The position numbers and the translations under genes were made by a program. Positions 18,941-29,258 of a stretch of 64,000 nucleotides of DNA are shown piece by piece (the first letter of the stretch is position 1; each line of letters begins with the position of its first letter). The DNA is from Candidatus Versatilivorator sp. (GTDB lineage: Bacteria; Acidobacteriota; Terriglobia; Versatilivoradales; Versatilivoraceae). The stretch spans positions 2,432,001 to 2,496,000 of the forward strand of contig OZ242296.1 in assembly GCA_965207735.1 (NCBI GenBank), read 5' to 3'. The notes under the pieces were generated by a model that was not told the origin of the DNA, did no database searches, and saw only the letters and a list, made by a program, of their open reading frames with translations.

Positions 18941-20401
18941 ATGCATCATCAATGGACGCCAGTAGAAGACTTGGAATCATCCGCAACGCTAGCCAAGGAG
19001 GAACTAGTCGCCTTAGCTGAGGTCTGGAGGGAGCAGCGCGAGCGGTTGGGCAGTCAGGAAGCATACCGTCAGTTCGAGGAACGGTTGAAGCGGGAATGGG
19101 CCATTGAGACCGGGTTGATCGAACGCCTCTACACCTTGGACCGAGGCATCACCCAATTGCTTATCGAACATGGAATCCAGACTGCCCTGATTCCACGTGA
19201 TAGCGTTACGAATCGAGACTTAATCGTCGCGATGATCGCCGATCACAAGGCAGCTGTGGAAGGCTTGTTCGACTTCGTTAAGGGAAACCGGCCGCTGTCT
19301 ACTAGCTACGTCAAGGAGTTGCACGCCCTGATAACTCAGCACCAGGAGACCGTGGAAGGCATCGACTCGCTCGGCAGGAGAACATCGATTCCACTCCTTC
19401 GCGGCGCATATAAGAAACTGCCCAATAATCCGCTACGGCAAGACGGAACCGTCCATGAGTATTGCCCGCCCGAGCAAGTCGATTCGGAAATGGACCGGTT
19501 GATCGCATTGCATCACCAACACCAGCACAACGGCGTCCCACCTGAGGTCGAGGCAGCCTGGCTGCACCACCGGTTCTCACAGATCCATCCGTTTCAGGAC
19601 GGCAATGGACGGATCGCCCGCGCCCTGGCAACGCTGGTGTTGGTCAAGGCCGGATGGTTCCCGCTAGTAGTTCGCAATCAGGATCGGGCGAAATACATCG
19701 GCGCACTGGAAACTGCCGATAACGGCGACCTAAAACCGCTGGTCGAGTATTTCGCTCGGTTGCAGCGGTACGAATTCGTCCGTGCGTTGAACATTGTCGA
19801 GGATGTGCGGCAGGAGCGCCGTGTTGCCGAAGCGATCGAGTCAGTGCGGCTACAACTGCAACGACGGAGGGACTCTCTTGTTGCCGAGTGGGAATCAGCT
19901 AAAGGCATTGCCTCGGCGTTACGGCACGAAGCTGAAACCCGCTTGAGCGAAGTGGCAGCTGAGTTGAGGCGAGAAATGCAGGATGTGCTCGAACATGGCG
20001 ACTACTTTGCCAGTGGCGCAGAAGATGGTGGTGAACGAAGCCATTACTATCGGTACCAAATCGTCCAGACTGCCCGGGCGCTGGACTATTTTGCGAACCT
20101 ACGCATCTATCGAGCCTGGACACGACTAGTTCTGCAGAACGCCAATCGGACTGAGCTGTTGATCTCCTTCCACGGGGTGGGGCGAGAATTCCAAGGTGTA
20201 CTTGCCTGCTCCGCATCTTGGTTCCAGCGTGTAGAGACGGAAGACGGCGAGCGAGAAGTCGAAGCGGTGACACCGGTATCAGACCAAGTCTTCCTGATCA
20301 ACTACAAGGAAGCCCTCGCCACAGCCAGTGCTCGGTTCTCAGACTGGTTGGAAGACGCTGTCGTCCGCAGTCTGAAGCTGTGGCAGGAAACGGCGCTGTG
20401 A
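18941..20401 (+). CDS. Fic-domain protein with long C-terminal extension
   Basis: Canonical HPFQDGNGRIAR motif; TGLIE resembles the auto-inhibitory motif. Confidence 0.9.
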   Translation: MHHQWTPVEDLESSATLAKEELVALAEVWREQRERLGSQEAYRQFEERLKREWAIETGLIERLYTLDRGITQLLIEHGIQTALIPRDSVTNRDLIVAMIADHKAAVEGLFDFVKGNRPLSTSYVKELHALITQHQETVEGIDSLGRRTSIPLLRGAYKKLPNNPLRQDGTVHEYCPPEQVDSEMDRLIALHHQHQHNGVPPEVEAAWLHHRFSQIHPFQDGNGRIARALATLVLVKAGWFPLVVRNQDRAKYIGALETADNGDLKPLVEYFARLQRYEFVRALNIVEDVRQERRVAEAIESVRLQLQRRRDSLVAEWESAKGIASALRHEAETRLSEVAAELRREMQDVLEHGDYFASGAEDGGERSHYYRYQIVQTARALDYFANLRIYRAWTRLVLQNANRTELLISFHGVGREFQGVLACSASWFQRVETEDGEREVEAVTPVSDQVFLINYKEALATASARFSDWLEDAVVRSLKLWQETAL

Positions 20402-20480
20402 TGCCCGCGGCTGCGAGGTCCTAGCGCCCGTGACGTTCTAAGGCTTTCCTCTCAGAAAGCGCGGCGGTGCATCGAGACCG

Positions 20481-20830
20481 GTGTATGCAAGATTTGCAGA
20501 TGGTTCGGATGAAAACGCCGGCAGATTCACCAAAGAGATCAACTCCTACTTCATTGAGGAGGGCATCGGTTGGCAGCTCGTGGATGGCCAGGTAGTCACG
20601 AGGGGACCAGAGTCGTTCGAATCCGTCGTGACGGCAGCGACGGCAGCCCTAAACAATACCGGCCGGCCAACGGCGGCTGGTCACCTGCATGAAGCACTAC
20701 AGGATCTGTCGCGCCGTCCGAATCCTGATCTGTCAGGTGCCATATACGACGCCATGGGTGCGCTGGAGGCCGTTGCGCGTGACCTCGTCGGCAATCCCAA
20801 TGCGACACTTGGCCAGATTCTCGTCCGAAG
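20481..20830 (+). pseudogene. Internal fragment of an AbiJ-like abortive infection protein
   Basis: YFIEEGIGWQLVDG..RG.ESFE..HLHEALQDLSRRP.PD.SGAI..AMGALEAVAR; no convincing start, and similarity ends abruptly. Confidence 0.5.
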
Positions 20831-20881
20831 GCTTACAATTCAGACACTGGGCCGGACCGTTGCTTGACTTGGAAGCGCGAA

Positions 20882-23110
20882 ATGCTCTCCCATGAGACCG
20901 TGACGGCAACGTCGCCGCTTCGCAATCTGGTGTCGGAACTTCGCACGGACATCCTGTCGGCGAAGGCCGCTCCGGCGCTGGCGGCCGGCTTCACCACGGG
21001 CCTCGGGCTGCTGGTCGCCCAGATCGCCTTCGGGAGCTTGATATTCTCCGGGTTGCTGGCTCCATATACCTCCCAGGGCGTCGGCCTGGTTCTGTTCGGA
21101 AACTTCGCCGCCTGCCTGGTCATTGCTCTCGCGGGCGGTTTTCGCGGGGCGATATCGGGACTGTCTCCCGCGCTGGTAATCGTGATGGCGCAGATCGGCG
21201 CCACCATGGACACCGACGGGGATACGCTGTTCGTGACCACGGCGGGAGCGCTCATGATCGGCGCCGTCGCCACCGGCTTGTGCTTTCTCCTCATAGGACG
21301 ATACGGGCTTGCCAATCTGGTGCGATTCATCCCCTACTCGGTCGCGGGCGGTTTCGTGGCCGGAATCGGGGGAGCCGTGTGCCTGGCCGCCATGTCCCTG
21401 ATGGGGGCGGATACGGACTGGCGGGCTATTCCGGCGCTGCTGGAACCGTCGGCGCTTTGGAGGTGGGGTCCGGGCGCGGCCTTCGGGATTGGCCTGTATC
21501 TCGCGATGAAGCGGTGGCGCCATCCGCTCATCCTGCCCGTCAGCGTCGCGCTTGCCGTCGGTGCTTTCCACCTCATGCTCTCCATCCTCGACATCTCCGG
21601 CGACGAGGCGAGGGTGGCAGGTCTCCTGCTGAAGAGCACCTCGGACGGCAGCTTCTGGCCGGCCTTCCGGCCCACCGACCTGGCCCAGGTGGACTGGACC
21701 GCGATAGGCATCCAGCTCCCATCCCTGCTGACACTGGTGCTGCTGGCGCTGACCGTCGTGATCATGAACATCGCCGGACTGGAAATGGCCGCCAACCAGG
21801 ATCTGGACTGGGACCGCGAGTTCAGGGCGACGGGGCTGGCGAGCGTGGTTGCGGGCCTCGGCGGCGGCACGGCCGCCAGCATGATCGTGCCCGCGTCGCT
21901 GCGCAGCAAGTTGTTCGGGGCCGCCACTCGCCTGACCGGCGTCGTCGCCGCCCTCGTCATCGCAACCGCCCTGTTTCTGGGCGATGGGATGCTGGAGCTG
22001 GTCCCGGTACCGCTGGTGGGAGGCATGCTCTTCTTCGCCGGCGTGGGCATGCTGGACGAAGGGCTGGTGAAAAGCCGGAAGCGGCTTCCCTGGTCGGAGT
22101 ACGGCATCATCCTGCTGATCGTCGGCATCATCACGGTCTTCGGGCTGTTCGAAGGCGTGGGCTCCGGCATGCTGGCCGCCCTGGTGTTTTTCGCCGTGCG
22201 CTTGAGCCGCGTGGACCCGATCCAATCGCGCTTCACGGCCCGCGAGCTCCGAAGCACCAAGGCCCGTCCCGTCCCGGATCGCGCCATCCTGCTGGAGGAG
22301 GGTGAGCGCGTGCTGGCTTACCGGCTACGCGGCTATATCTTCTTCGGTAGCGTCTGCCCTCTGGCCGATCATCTCAGGAAATCCCTGAGCGGCGACTCGC
22401 GTCCCACCTGCCTGATGCTGGACTTCGCGGCTGTCTCAGGCTTCGACTTCTCGGCGGTGACCGTCCTGGCAAGGTTCCTGCAATCGGCCAACACGGCGGG
22501 AGTGCAGGTGGTTCTGAGCGCACCGCCTGAGCAGCTGAGGACCCTTTTGGAGCGCAACCTTCGGCCGTCGGACCTGGCGTTGTTGCGAATAGAACCTGAT
22601 GTTGATCGCGCGCTGGAGCGCTGTGAGGAGATCGTCATTCAGGCCTGGAACGCGAATGCGAGCCTGGTTGGCGAGCGCCGCGCATCGCTGCTGGCGCGTT
22701 CCGTCGACGATCTCGAGCGACACCTGGAGCGGCAGATTCGATTCGAGGACCTGATGGACGAGCTTCAATACTGGTTGACGCCGTGCCGCTACGCCGCCGG
22801 GGCAGCTCTGGCGGGGCCGGGTGCACCGAGCAAGGGCCTGCAACTACTCACCTCCGGACGCGCTTCCGCCCATGAAGCCGCCGGCAGGCGTTTCCGCCAG
22901 TACGGCCCCGGCGATGCGATCTGGCCCGCCGATCCCTCTGACGAGAAGGCGCCCGCGGTGATCGCGGACGAACCCTGTGAAACAATGGTGGTGACTCCGG
23001 AATCGAGGCGCTGGCTGGAGGAAAACGAGGAACGCCTTGCACTCAAGCTGTATCGATATCTGCTCGCCCGACGCTTCGAGGCCGAGCCGAACGCCTCCCG
23101 GCCGGAATAG
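20882..23110 (+). CDS. SulP-family anion transporter with STAS and cNMP-binding-like domains
   Basis: Many TM helices; RFIPYSVAGGF; LRGYIFFGS and LDFAAVSGFDFS STAS motifs. Confidence 0.88.
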   Translation: MLSHETVTATSPLRNLVSELRTDILSAKAAPALAAGFTTGLGLLVAQIAFGSLIFSGLLAPYTSQGVGLVLFGNFAACLVIALAGGFRGAISGLSPALVIVMAQIGATMDTDGDTLFVTTAGALMIGAVATGLCFLLIGRYGLANLVRFIPYSVAGGFVAGIGGAVCLAAMSLMGADTDWRAIPALLEPSALWRWGPGAAFGIGLYLAMKRWRHPLILPVSVALAVGAFHLMLSILDISGDEARVAGLLLKSTSDGSFWPAFRPTDLAQVDWTAIGIQLPSLLTLVLLALTVVIMNIAGLEMAANQDLDWDREFRATGLASVVAGLGGGTAASMIVPASLRSKLFGAATRLTGVVAALVIATALFLGDGMLELVPVPLVGGMLFFAGVGMLDEGLVKSRKRLPWSEYGIILLIVGIITVFGLFEGVGSGMLAALVFFAVRLSRVDPIQSRFTARELRSTKARPVPDRAILLEEGERVLAYRLRGYIFFGSVCPLADHLRKSLSGDSRPTCLMLDFAAVSGFDFSAVTVLARFLQSANTAGVQVVLSAPPEQLRTLLERNLRPSDLALLRIEPDVDRALERCEEIVIQAWNANASLVGERRASLLARSVDDLERHLERQIRFEDLMDELQYWLTPCRYAAGAALAGPGAPSKGLQLLTSGRASAHEAAGRRFRQYGPGDAIWPADPSDEKAPAVIADEPCETMVVTPESRRWLEENEERLALKLYRYLLARRFEAEPNASRPE

Positions 23111-23151
23111 ACCGCGGAACCAGGGTCCGGTTCCCAATCGATTTCCCCCTC

Positions 23152-25107
23152 ATGAAAAGATTCGTTGCCACCGTCGCCCTCCTGTCTGCCGCTCTCGGGT
23201 GCGCCCGCGAACCGGACGCCGTGATCGAATGGCCCTATGTCGGCTCCGACCAGGCGCAGACCAAATACTCGGCGGCTGAGGGAATCACGGCCGCCAACGT
23301 CGGCGAGCTGGAGATCGTCTGGCAATGGGAACCGAAGGAGACTCCCCTGGAGGAGTACGGCACACGGCCGGGCCGGTTCCAGGCGACGCCCGTCATGATC
23401 GGCAACGTCCTCTACCTGTCGACCATGTATACGCGCGTGGCGGCCCTCGACGCGGAGACAGGCGCCGAGCTTTGGACTTTCGATCCCAGGGCCTACGAGG
23501 GTGGGCCCGTGGGCGCGGGGCCGAGCGGCTTCAAGCACAGGGGCATCGCCTACTGGAGAGACGGGGACGACGCCCGCATCTTCCTCAACAGCCGCGATCG
23601 GCTGTATGCGGTCGATGCTGCGACCGGTGATCCGGACACGGACTTTGGCGCGAGCGGGAGCGTTCTGCTGACCGAGGGACATGGCCGCCCGGTGAACCGT
23701 TACGAGTTCGACCAGACCTCGCCTCCGGTGGTGTTCGAGGACCTGGTGATCGTGGGGAGCCGCGTGCCCGACGGGGTGCAGCGAAAGTCGGATCCGCCCG
23801 GAACCGTGCAGGCTTTCGACGCCCGCACGGGCGAGCGGCGTTGGGTGTTCTTCACCATCCCGCAATCGAGCGGTGACTTCGGAGCGGACAGCTGGGAGAA
23901 CGAGTCCTGGCGCTACACCGGCCACGCCAACGTGTGGGGACTGATGTCGCTCGATGCCGAGCGGGGGCTGCTCTACGTGCCGACCAGCACGCCGAGCAGC
24001 GACTACTGGGGAGGGCGCCGGGTGGGAGCGAACCTGTTCGCCGATTCGCTGGTGTGCCTCGACGCGCGCTCGGGCAAGCGAAAATGGCACTTCCAGACCG
24101 TTCACCATGGTGTGTGGGACTACGATCTGTCCGCCGCGCCGAACCTGGTGACGATCACGATGGACGGGCGCGAGATCGACGCGGTGGCCCAGGTTTCGAA
24201 GCATGGATTCACCTTCGTCTTTGACCGGGTGACGGGCGAGCCGATATGGCCGATCGAGGAGCGTCCGGTGGACACGGCGACGGACGTGCCGGGCGAGATC
24301 CTGTATCCGACGCAGCCGTTCCCGACCAAGCCGCCGCCATTCGGCCGGCAGGGGGTGTCGCTGGAAGACGCGAACGATCTGACCCCGGAGATCCATGCGC
24401 TGGCGGTGGCGGCGATGCAGCAGTTCCGGCTGGGCCCGCTCTTCACGCCGCCCAGCCTGCGGGGAACGCTCCAGCGCCCGGGCGCAAGCGGCGGCGCAAA
24501 CTGGGGCGGAGCGGCACTCGATCCGGAGACCGGGCTCCTCTTCGTGCGGACATCGGAAGACGCCGACACCAACCAGGTCTGCGTGAATGCGGGCGGCGAC
24601 CCGCGAGTCGATGTCGCCTATAGCAACAACTGTCCCTACGGCGCGACGCTCGTCATGTATCGAGAGGCCGGCGGACCGGGCGCCGCCCAAGCCCCGGAGA
24701 GCGAGCTCGGCTCGATCCCGCTCACCAAGCCGCCCTACGCGCACCTGGTGGCGATCGACCTCAACGCGGGGGAGCTTGCCTGGAAGACTCCGTTCGGGGA
24801 AGGTAGCGAAGAGATGCGTGAGCACCCGCTGCTTCGCGGCGTCGAGTTGCCGGAACGGCTGGGCACCAGCGGCAACTCCGGATCGCTGGTGACCAGGGGC
24901 GGGTTGGTGTTCCTTGGCGGTGGCGACCCCTACCTGTATGCGTTCGACACGGCGACGGGCGCCGAGATCTGGCGCGGGGCAACGCCCTTTCGAACAGCCG
25001 CCAACCCGATGACCTACCAAACCGGGTCCGGGCGGCAGTTCGTCGTGATCGCGACGGGTGGGGGACCCAAGGCGGCGCTGGTGGCCTTCGCGCTATCCGG
25101 GCAGTGA
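23152..25107 (+). CDS. PQQ-dependent dehydrogenase (glucose/quinate/shikimate type), probable lipoprotein
   Basis: ALGC lipobox; FQATP, WHFQTVHHGVWDYD, GGANWGG, ANPMTY. Confidence 0.9.
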   Translation: MKRFVATVALLSAALGCAREPDAVIEWPYVGSDQAQTKYSAAEGITAANVGELEIVWQWEPKETPLEEYGTRPGRFQATPVMIGNVLYLSTMYTRVAALDAETGAELWTFDPRAYEGGPVGAGPSGFKHRGIAYWRDGDDARIFLNSRDRLYAVDAATGDPDTDFGASGSVLLTEGHGRPVNRYEFDQTSPPVVFEDLVIVGSRVPDGVQRKSDPPGTVQAFDARTGERRWVFFTIPQSSGDFGADSWENESWRYTGHANVWGLMSLDAERGLLYVPTSTPSSDYWGGRRVGANLFADSLVCLDARSGKRKWHFQTVHHGVWDYDLSAAPNLVTITMDGREIDAVAQVSKHGFTFVFDRVTGEPIWPIEERPVDTATDVPGEILYPTQPFPTKPPPFGRQGVSLEDANDLTPEIHALAVAAMQQFRLGPLFTPPSLRGTLQRPGASGGANWGGAALDPETGLLFVRTSEDADTNQVCVNAGGDPRVDVAYSNNCPYGATLVMYREAGGPGAAQAPESELGSIPLTKPPYAHLVAIDLNAGELAWKTPFGEGSEEMREHPLLRGVELPERLGTSGNSGSLVTRGGLVFLGGGDPYLYAFDTATGAEIWRGATPFRTAANPMTYQTGSGRQFVVIATGGGPKAALVAFALSGQ

Positions 25108-25165
25108 GATTCGGCCCGGGGGCCACAGCGGTCCGTCGTTTCACCCGCGAATGACATTCACGGCG

Positions 25166-27415
25166 TCAGCGGGCCGGCGGCGCCAGCTCGAAGGAGGGCC
25201 GCTCCAGGGGCACGACGCGGGCCTCTCCCTCTCGAATCCTGTAGAACCCGTCCAGGGAGAGATTGGAATGGGTCTGGGTCTTGCCGGTCACGGGCCAGTA
25301 GACCTCCACGGCCCTGATCCCGGTCGCCCGGCCCAGCCCGATCTCCTGCTGCAGGCTGGAGGCCCCGAAGCTGCCCCCGCTGGTCAGGGTGGCGTGGACC
25401 TCCCGATCTCCCTCCTCGGTCTCCACCGTCACCTTGATGCGCGCTCCCAGAGCCATGCGATTGGTCTTGACGCCCTCCAGCAGGAGAGTGATCCAGCGGT
25501 TGCCGTGCCCCGGATTGAGGAAGAGCAGATTCTGGTAGACATCCCCCGAATACCAGCCCCCCATCACGGTGTAGATGTCCTGATCGCCGTCGTTGTCCAG
25601 GTCCCCGAAGGAAACGCCGTGGCCCTTCTGGAGATGACCGAATCCCCCCGAGGTAGTGACGTTCTGAAAAACCCTTCCCTGGTGGTTGCGAAACATCTGA
25701 TTGGGAATGAGCGTCCGCAAGTCGGGCTCCCCCGTTCCCAGGTAGCAGTCCGGGAATCCGTCGTTGTCCAGGTCCCCGAAGTTGGCGCCCATGGTCAGCA
25801 GCGCTCCTTCAAGACCCGCTTCCCGGGAGACGTCGCTGAAGGTGCCGTCGCCGTTGTTGCGGAAGAGCCGTGAAAACTCGCCCTGGTGGGGCAGCCCCAG
25901 GAACGCCTTGACCGCCTCCTCCAGCGAGCCCGAGAAATCGGGCTTGAGCGAATATCCGGCCGCGAACAGATCCTGCCACCCGTCGTTGTCGTAGTCCCAG
26001 AACCAGGTGGCGAAGCTCTTCCGCGGCTCCCGGACCCCGGCCTGCCGCCCCACCTCTACGAATCTCCAGGACGAATTCCCTTCGCTGGCCTCCCCGGCAG
26101 AGGGATCGGGGCCGTCATTGCGATAGAGCAGGTTGCCGGCATCCATGCGGGACAGATAGAGGTCCGGGTCTCCGTCGTTGTCGATGTCTCCCCAGGCCAC
26201 CCCCTTGACATAGCCGGCCCGGGCCAGGCCCAGGGCGGCGGCCACATTGGAAAAGGTCCCGTCCCCGTTGTTGCGAAACAGCTCGCAGGGATGAATCTCT
26301 CTGCCGGTGGACTCGTTGCCGACAAAGAGGTCCAGGTGGCCGTCGTTGTCGTAGTCCGCCCAGGCGGCCGCCTGGGTGGGGTGGTAGCTGAGCAGACCGG
26401 CCGCTTCGGTGACATCCTCGAAGGTACCGTCGCCGTTATTCCTCAGCAGCGAGTTGGGGTGGTCTCCCAGGCCCTGCAGCCAGGCCCCCCGCAACACCAG
26501 CACATCCGGAAAGCCGTCGTTGTCGTAGTCGGCCTGGCAGATGTTGAGTCCTCCGAGCTGTCCTTCCAGGCCGGCCGCCCGGGTCCGATCGCTGAAGGTG
26601 CCGTCGCCGTTGTTGCGGAAGTAGCGCAGCGGGTCCCGCATCCCCCAGGAGGAAGCCATGATGTCCAGGGCGCCGTCCCGGTCGAAGTCTTCCAGGATGC
26701 TTCCCCCGGACAGCGCCGTGACATCCACGCCCAGATGGGGTGCTACCTCCCGGAAATGCCCGACATCGTAGTCCGCGTCCAGGGTTTCAGCCGGAATGAC
26801 CCATTGCGGGGGAACCTTGGCCGGGTGCTCCCCCAGGGTCATGTGGGCCAGGTTGAGCAGCCAGCGATACCCCAGATGGCCGGGATCGTCCGACAGAAGC
26901 CGGCCCAGGATGGGGATGGCCCCCCGGGAGCCCCGCTGCAATCGATGCCGGCCGGATTCCCGGAAGGGCAGAAAACAGGAGTGCTCTCCGTGGGCGGCGA
27001 TGCAGTTTTCCTGCTCGCCCAGCCGCAGAAAGGCGACCGCCAGCAAATCCCGGATCACGGCGACGGTCTCCCCCGACAGTTGCCAGGGTTGCCGCCCGAC
27101 CCAGGCTTGCAGATCCGTCAACTCCTCGATGGCGGCCTGGCTCTGCCCGCTCCTGAGAAGCTTCAGCGCCACCTGAAGGCGCAGGCTCATTTGCCGGCGG
27201 GGGTCTTCGACGGCCTGCAGGCGCCGTCGCAGTTGCGCCACCGCCCGGGTATTCATGGGATGGTCTGGAAAGAAGTCGGCGTTGCGGGCCAATTGTGCCA
27301 ACCGCGAAGCCATGCGCCGGGAGCCGGACCCGGCCTGGGCCTGCAGATCGCCTCCAAGGCAAAGGAAGGCAATCAGGCAGATCGGCAGTGCGGCGATCGG
27401 GAATATTCTGGACAC
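25166..27415 (-). CDS. CRTAC1/ASPIC-UnbV family protein with helical N-terminal extension
   Basis: Repeated ADYDNDG / RNNGDGTF motifs; C-terminal GGSFG..EIGLG ASPIC/UnbV domain. Confidence 0.9.
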   Translation of the reverse strand: MSRIFPIAALPICLIAFLCLGGDLQAQAGSGSRRMASRLAQLARNADFFPDHPMNTRAVAQLRRRLQAVEDPRRQMSLRLQVALKLLRSGQSQAAIEELTDLQAWVGRQPWQLSGETVAVIRDLLAVAFLRLGEQENCIAAHGEHSCFLPFRESGRHRLQRGSRGAIPILGRLLSDDPGHLGYRWLLNLAHMTLGEHPAKVPPQWVIPAETLDADYDVGHFREVAPHLGVDVTALSGGSILEDFDRDGALDIMASSWGMRDPLRYFRNNGDGTFSDRTRAAGLEGQLGGLNICQADYDNDGFPDVLVLRGAWLQGLGDHPNSLLRNNGDGTFEDVTEAAGLLSYHPTQAAAWADYDNDGHLDLFVGNESTGREIHPCELFRNNGDGTFSNVAAALGLARAGYVKGVAWGDIDNDGDPDLYLSRMDAGNLLYRNDGPDPSAGEASEGNSSWRFVEVGRQAGVREPRKSFATWFWDYDNDGWQDLFAAGYSLKPDFSGSLEEAVKAFLGLPHQGEFSRLFRNNGDGTFSDVSREAGLEGALLTMGANFGDLDNDGFPDCYLGTGEPDLRTLIPNQMFRNHQGRVFQNVTTSGGFGHLQKGHGVSFGDLDNDGDQDIYTVMGGWYSGDVYQNLLFLNPGHGNRWITLLLEGVKTNRMALGARIKVTVETEEGDREVHATLTSGGSFGASSLQQEIGLGRATGIRAVEVYWPVTGKTQTHSNLSLDGFYRIREGEARVVPLERPSFELAPPAR

Positions 27416-27421
27416 GGCGGG

Positions 27422-29101
27422 CTACTCCGCTGCCGGACGGGGACCGGGGGCGATCGAGAACTCGGAGGCGCGCCCCTCGGTCACCTGCAGGATCCGATTG
27501 GCGGGAATTTCCTTGAGGACTTCCTCTTTTCCGCTGGGCCAGCGGATCCGGATCTCCTCCACCCTGGAGGCCTCTCCCAATCCGAAATGAGCGCTCAGAT
27601 CGCCGGCCGACAGATAGCTTCCCCCACCCGTGACCTGGTCGGTCTGCCTTCCGGCGGCCGTGGTGAGGGTCAAGCGGGTCCCCACGGCGTCGCGGCTGCT
27701 GTCGGTCCCGGTCAATCGGAGCTGGATCCAGTTCTTGCGGGCGCCGACCTGGTTGAGGAGCAGGGCCGGCTCGGCCCCGCAGTTGCTGACAAGGACGTCG
27801 ATATCGCCGTCGTTGTCGATGTCTCCCAGGGCCATGCCCCGCCCTACCCGCGGCTGCCGGGAAGACCAGCGGTAGAAGGGCTCGTGCTCCAGGAATCGCC
27901 CGCCCCGATTTTCGAACAACTGATCCGGCTGAGCATGGGAAAGGTCGGGCTGGATCCGTTCGATGTTGTCCACCACGTGTCCGTTGACCACCAGCAAGTC
28001 CCGGTCTCCATCGTTGTCGAAGTCCAGAAAACCGGCGCCGAAGCCCAGCAGGAAGCGGTCCTTCCGCGCCAGGCCGGACCTCCAGCGCTCGTCCCCGAAC
28101 AGCCAGTTTCCCTGGTAGCGGTAGAGGGCGTTGGTCTCCAGGTCGTAGTTGGTCACGACAATGTCCAGCAGGCGGTCCCCGTCGTAGTCGGCCGCATCCA
28201 CGCCCATTCCGGCTTCCGCCTGGGCCTGGCTGTTGTAGCCGGTCCCCGAGAGAAGCGTCACGTCGGCAAAAGTCCCGTCCCTGTTGTTCTTGAACAGAAG
28301 GTTGCGCACGGAGTCGTTGGCCACGTAGAGGTCGACCCAGCCGTCCTGGTCGAAATCGGCCGCCACCACTCCCAGGCCCTTGCCCTCGGGGTTCAGAATG
28401 CCGCTGGAGCGGCTGACGTCGCGGAATCGGCCGTCGCCCAGGTTCCGGTAGAGACGGTCGGCCACCCCGGCAAAGTGGCGCGGATGGCAATAGGCCCGGA
28501 TCCCCTTCATCTCGCAGGGAGGATTGCGCTCGAAGGCCGCATCCAGATAGTTGACCACGTAGAGGTCGGGGGCGCCGTCCCTGTCGTAATCGAAGAAGGC
28601 GGCGCTGGTGCTCCATTCGGCGCCGGCAACGCCGGCCCTGCCGGTGACGTCGCTGAAGGTGCGGTCGCCGTTGTTGCGATAGAGCCGGTTGGGGCCGAAA
28701 TAAGTAAGGTAGAGATCGGGGTCCCCGTCGTTGTCGTAGTCACCCACGGCCACTCCCATGCCGTAGTCGGCGGTCGCCGCCAGGCCGGCTTCGCGGGTCA
28801 CCTCCTCCAGGCGCCCGCCGCCCAGGTTGCGGTAGAGGGCGTGGGACCTCGGCTCGAACGGCGGCGAATCGGGGGTGCGGCCGCCGTTGATCAGCAGCAC
28901 GTCCAGCCTGCCATCACCGTCGTAGTCCAGCAGGGCGCAACCCGATCCCATGGTCTCCGCCAGGTGTTTCTGCGCCGAGGCGCCGTTCTGGTGCCGAAAA
29001 TCGATGCCCATCGCCCGGGTCCGGTCGTGGAACGGCGCGGCAGGATCCGCCGGAACGGCATCGCCGGAAAAGCCAAGAAGATACAGCGCCGGAAAGACCA
29101 T
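27422..29101 (-). CDS. CRTAC1/ASPIC-UnbV family protein
   Basis: ETMGSG, DYDNDG repeats, GGGSYLS..HFGLG; start taken at MVFPALYLLG (29101) rather than 29170. Confidence 0.9.
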   Translation of the reverse strand: MVFPALYLLGFSGDAVPADPAAPFHDRTRAMGIDFRHQNGASAQKHLAETMGSGCALLDYDGDGRLDVLLINGGRTPDSPPFEPRSHALYRNLGGGRLEEVTREAGLAATADYGMGVAVGDYDNDGDPDLYLTYFGPNRLYRNNGDRTFSDVTGRAGVAGAEWSTSAAFFDYDRDGAPDLYVVNYLDAAFERNPPCEMKGIRAYCHPRHFAGVADRLYRNLGDGRFRDVSRSSGILNPEGKGLGVVAADFDQDGWVDLYVANDSVRNLLFKNNRDGTFADVTLLSGTGYNSQAQAEAGMGVDAADYDGDRLLDIVVTNYDLETNALYRYQGNWLFGDERWRSGLARKDRFLLGFGAGFLDFDNDGDRDLLVVNGHVVDNIERIQPDLSHAQPDQLFENRGGRFLEHEPFYRWSSRQPRVGRGMALGDIDNDGDIDVLVSNCGAEPALLLNQVGARKNWIQLRLTGTDSSRDAVGTRLTLTTAAGRQTDQVTGGGSYLSAGDLSAHFGLGEASRVEEIRIRWPSGKEEVLKEIPANRILQVTEGRASEFSIAPGPRPAAE

Positions 29102-29112
29102 GCGGAACCGCA

Positions 29113-29147
29113 GGAGAGTGGAGAGTGGAGAGTGGAGAGTGGAGAGT
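29113..29147 (+). repeat. Perfect heptamer tandem repeat (GGAGAGT) x5
   Basis: Read directly; same family as the 9339-9589 arrays. Confidence 0.9.
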
Positions 29148-29258
29148 GATTTGATCGATGCGTTCAGCATGTTGTCCGGAACACCCTTGTTTCACCCAAA
29201 ATCAGCAGCCCTCACAGACCGAAATTCTAGCACGGACGCCGGCCTCGGCCCGGCGGCG

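Noticed and set aside
25886-29149. Long antisense ORFs (1087 aa here; also 5330-7297, 7150-9342, 9445-11694, 22789-25020, 30908-33241, 51442-53685, 59850-61535)
   Set aside because: Shadow ORFs opposite well-supported genes in high-GC DNA, with no recognisable motifs
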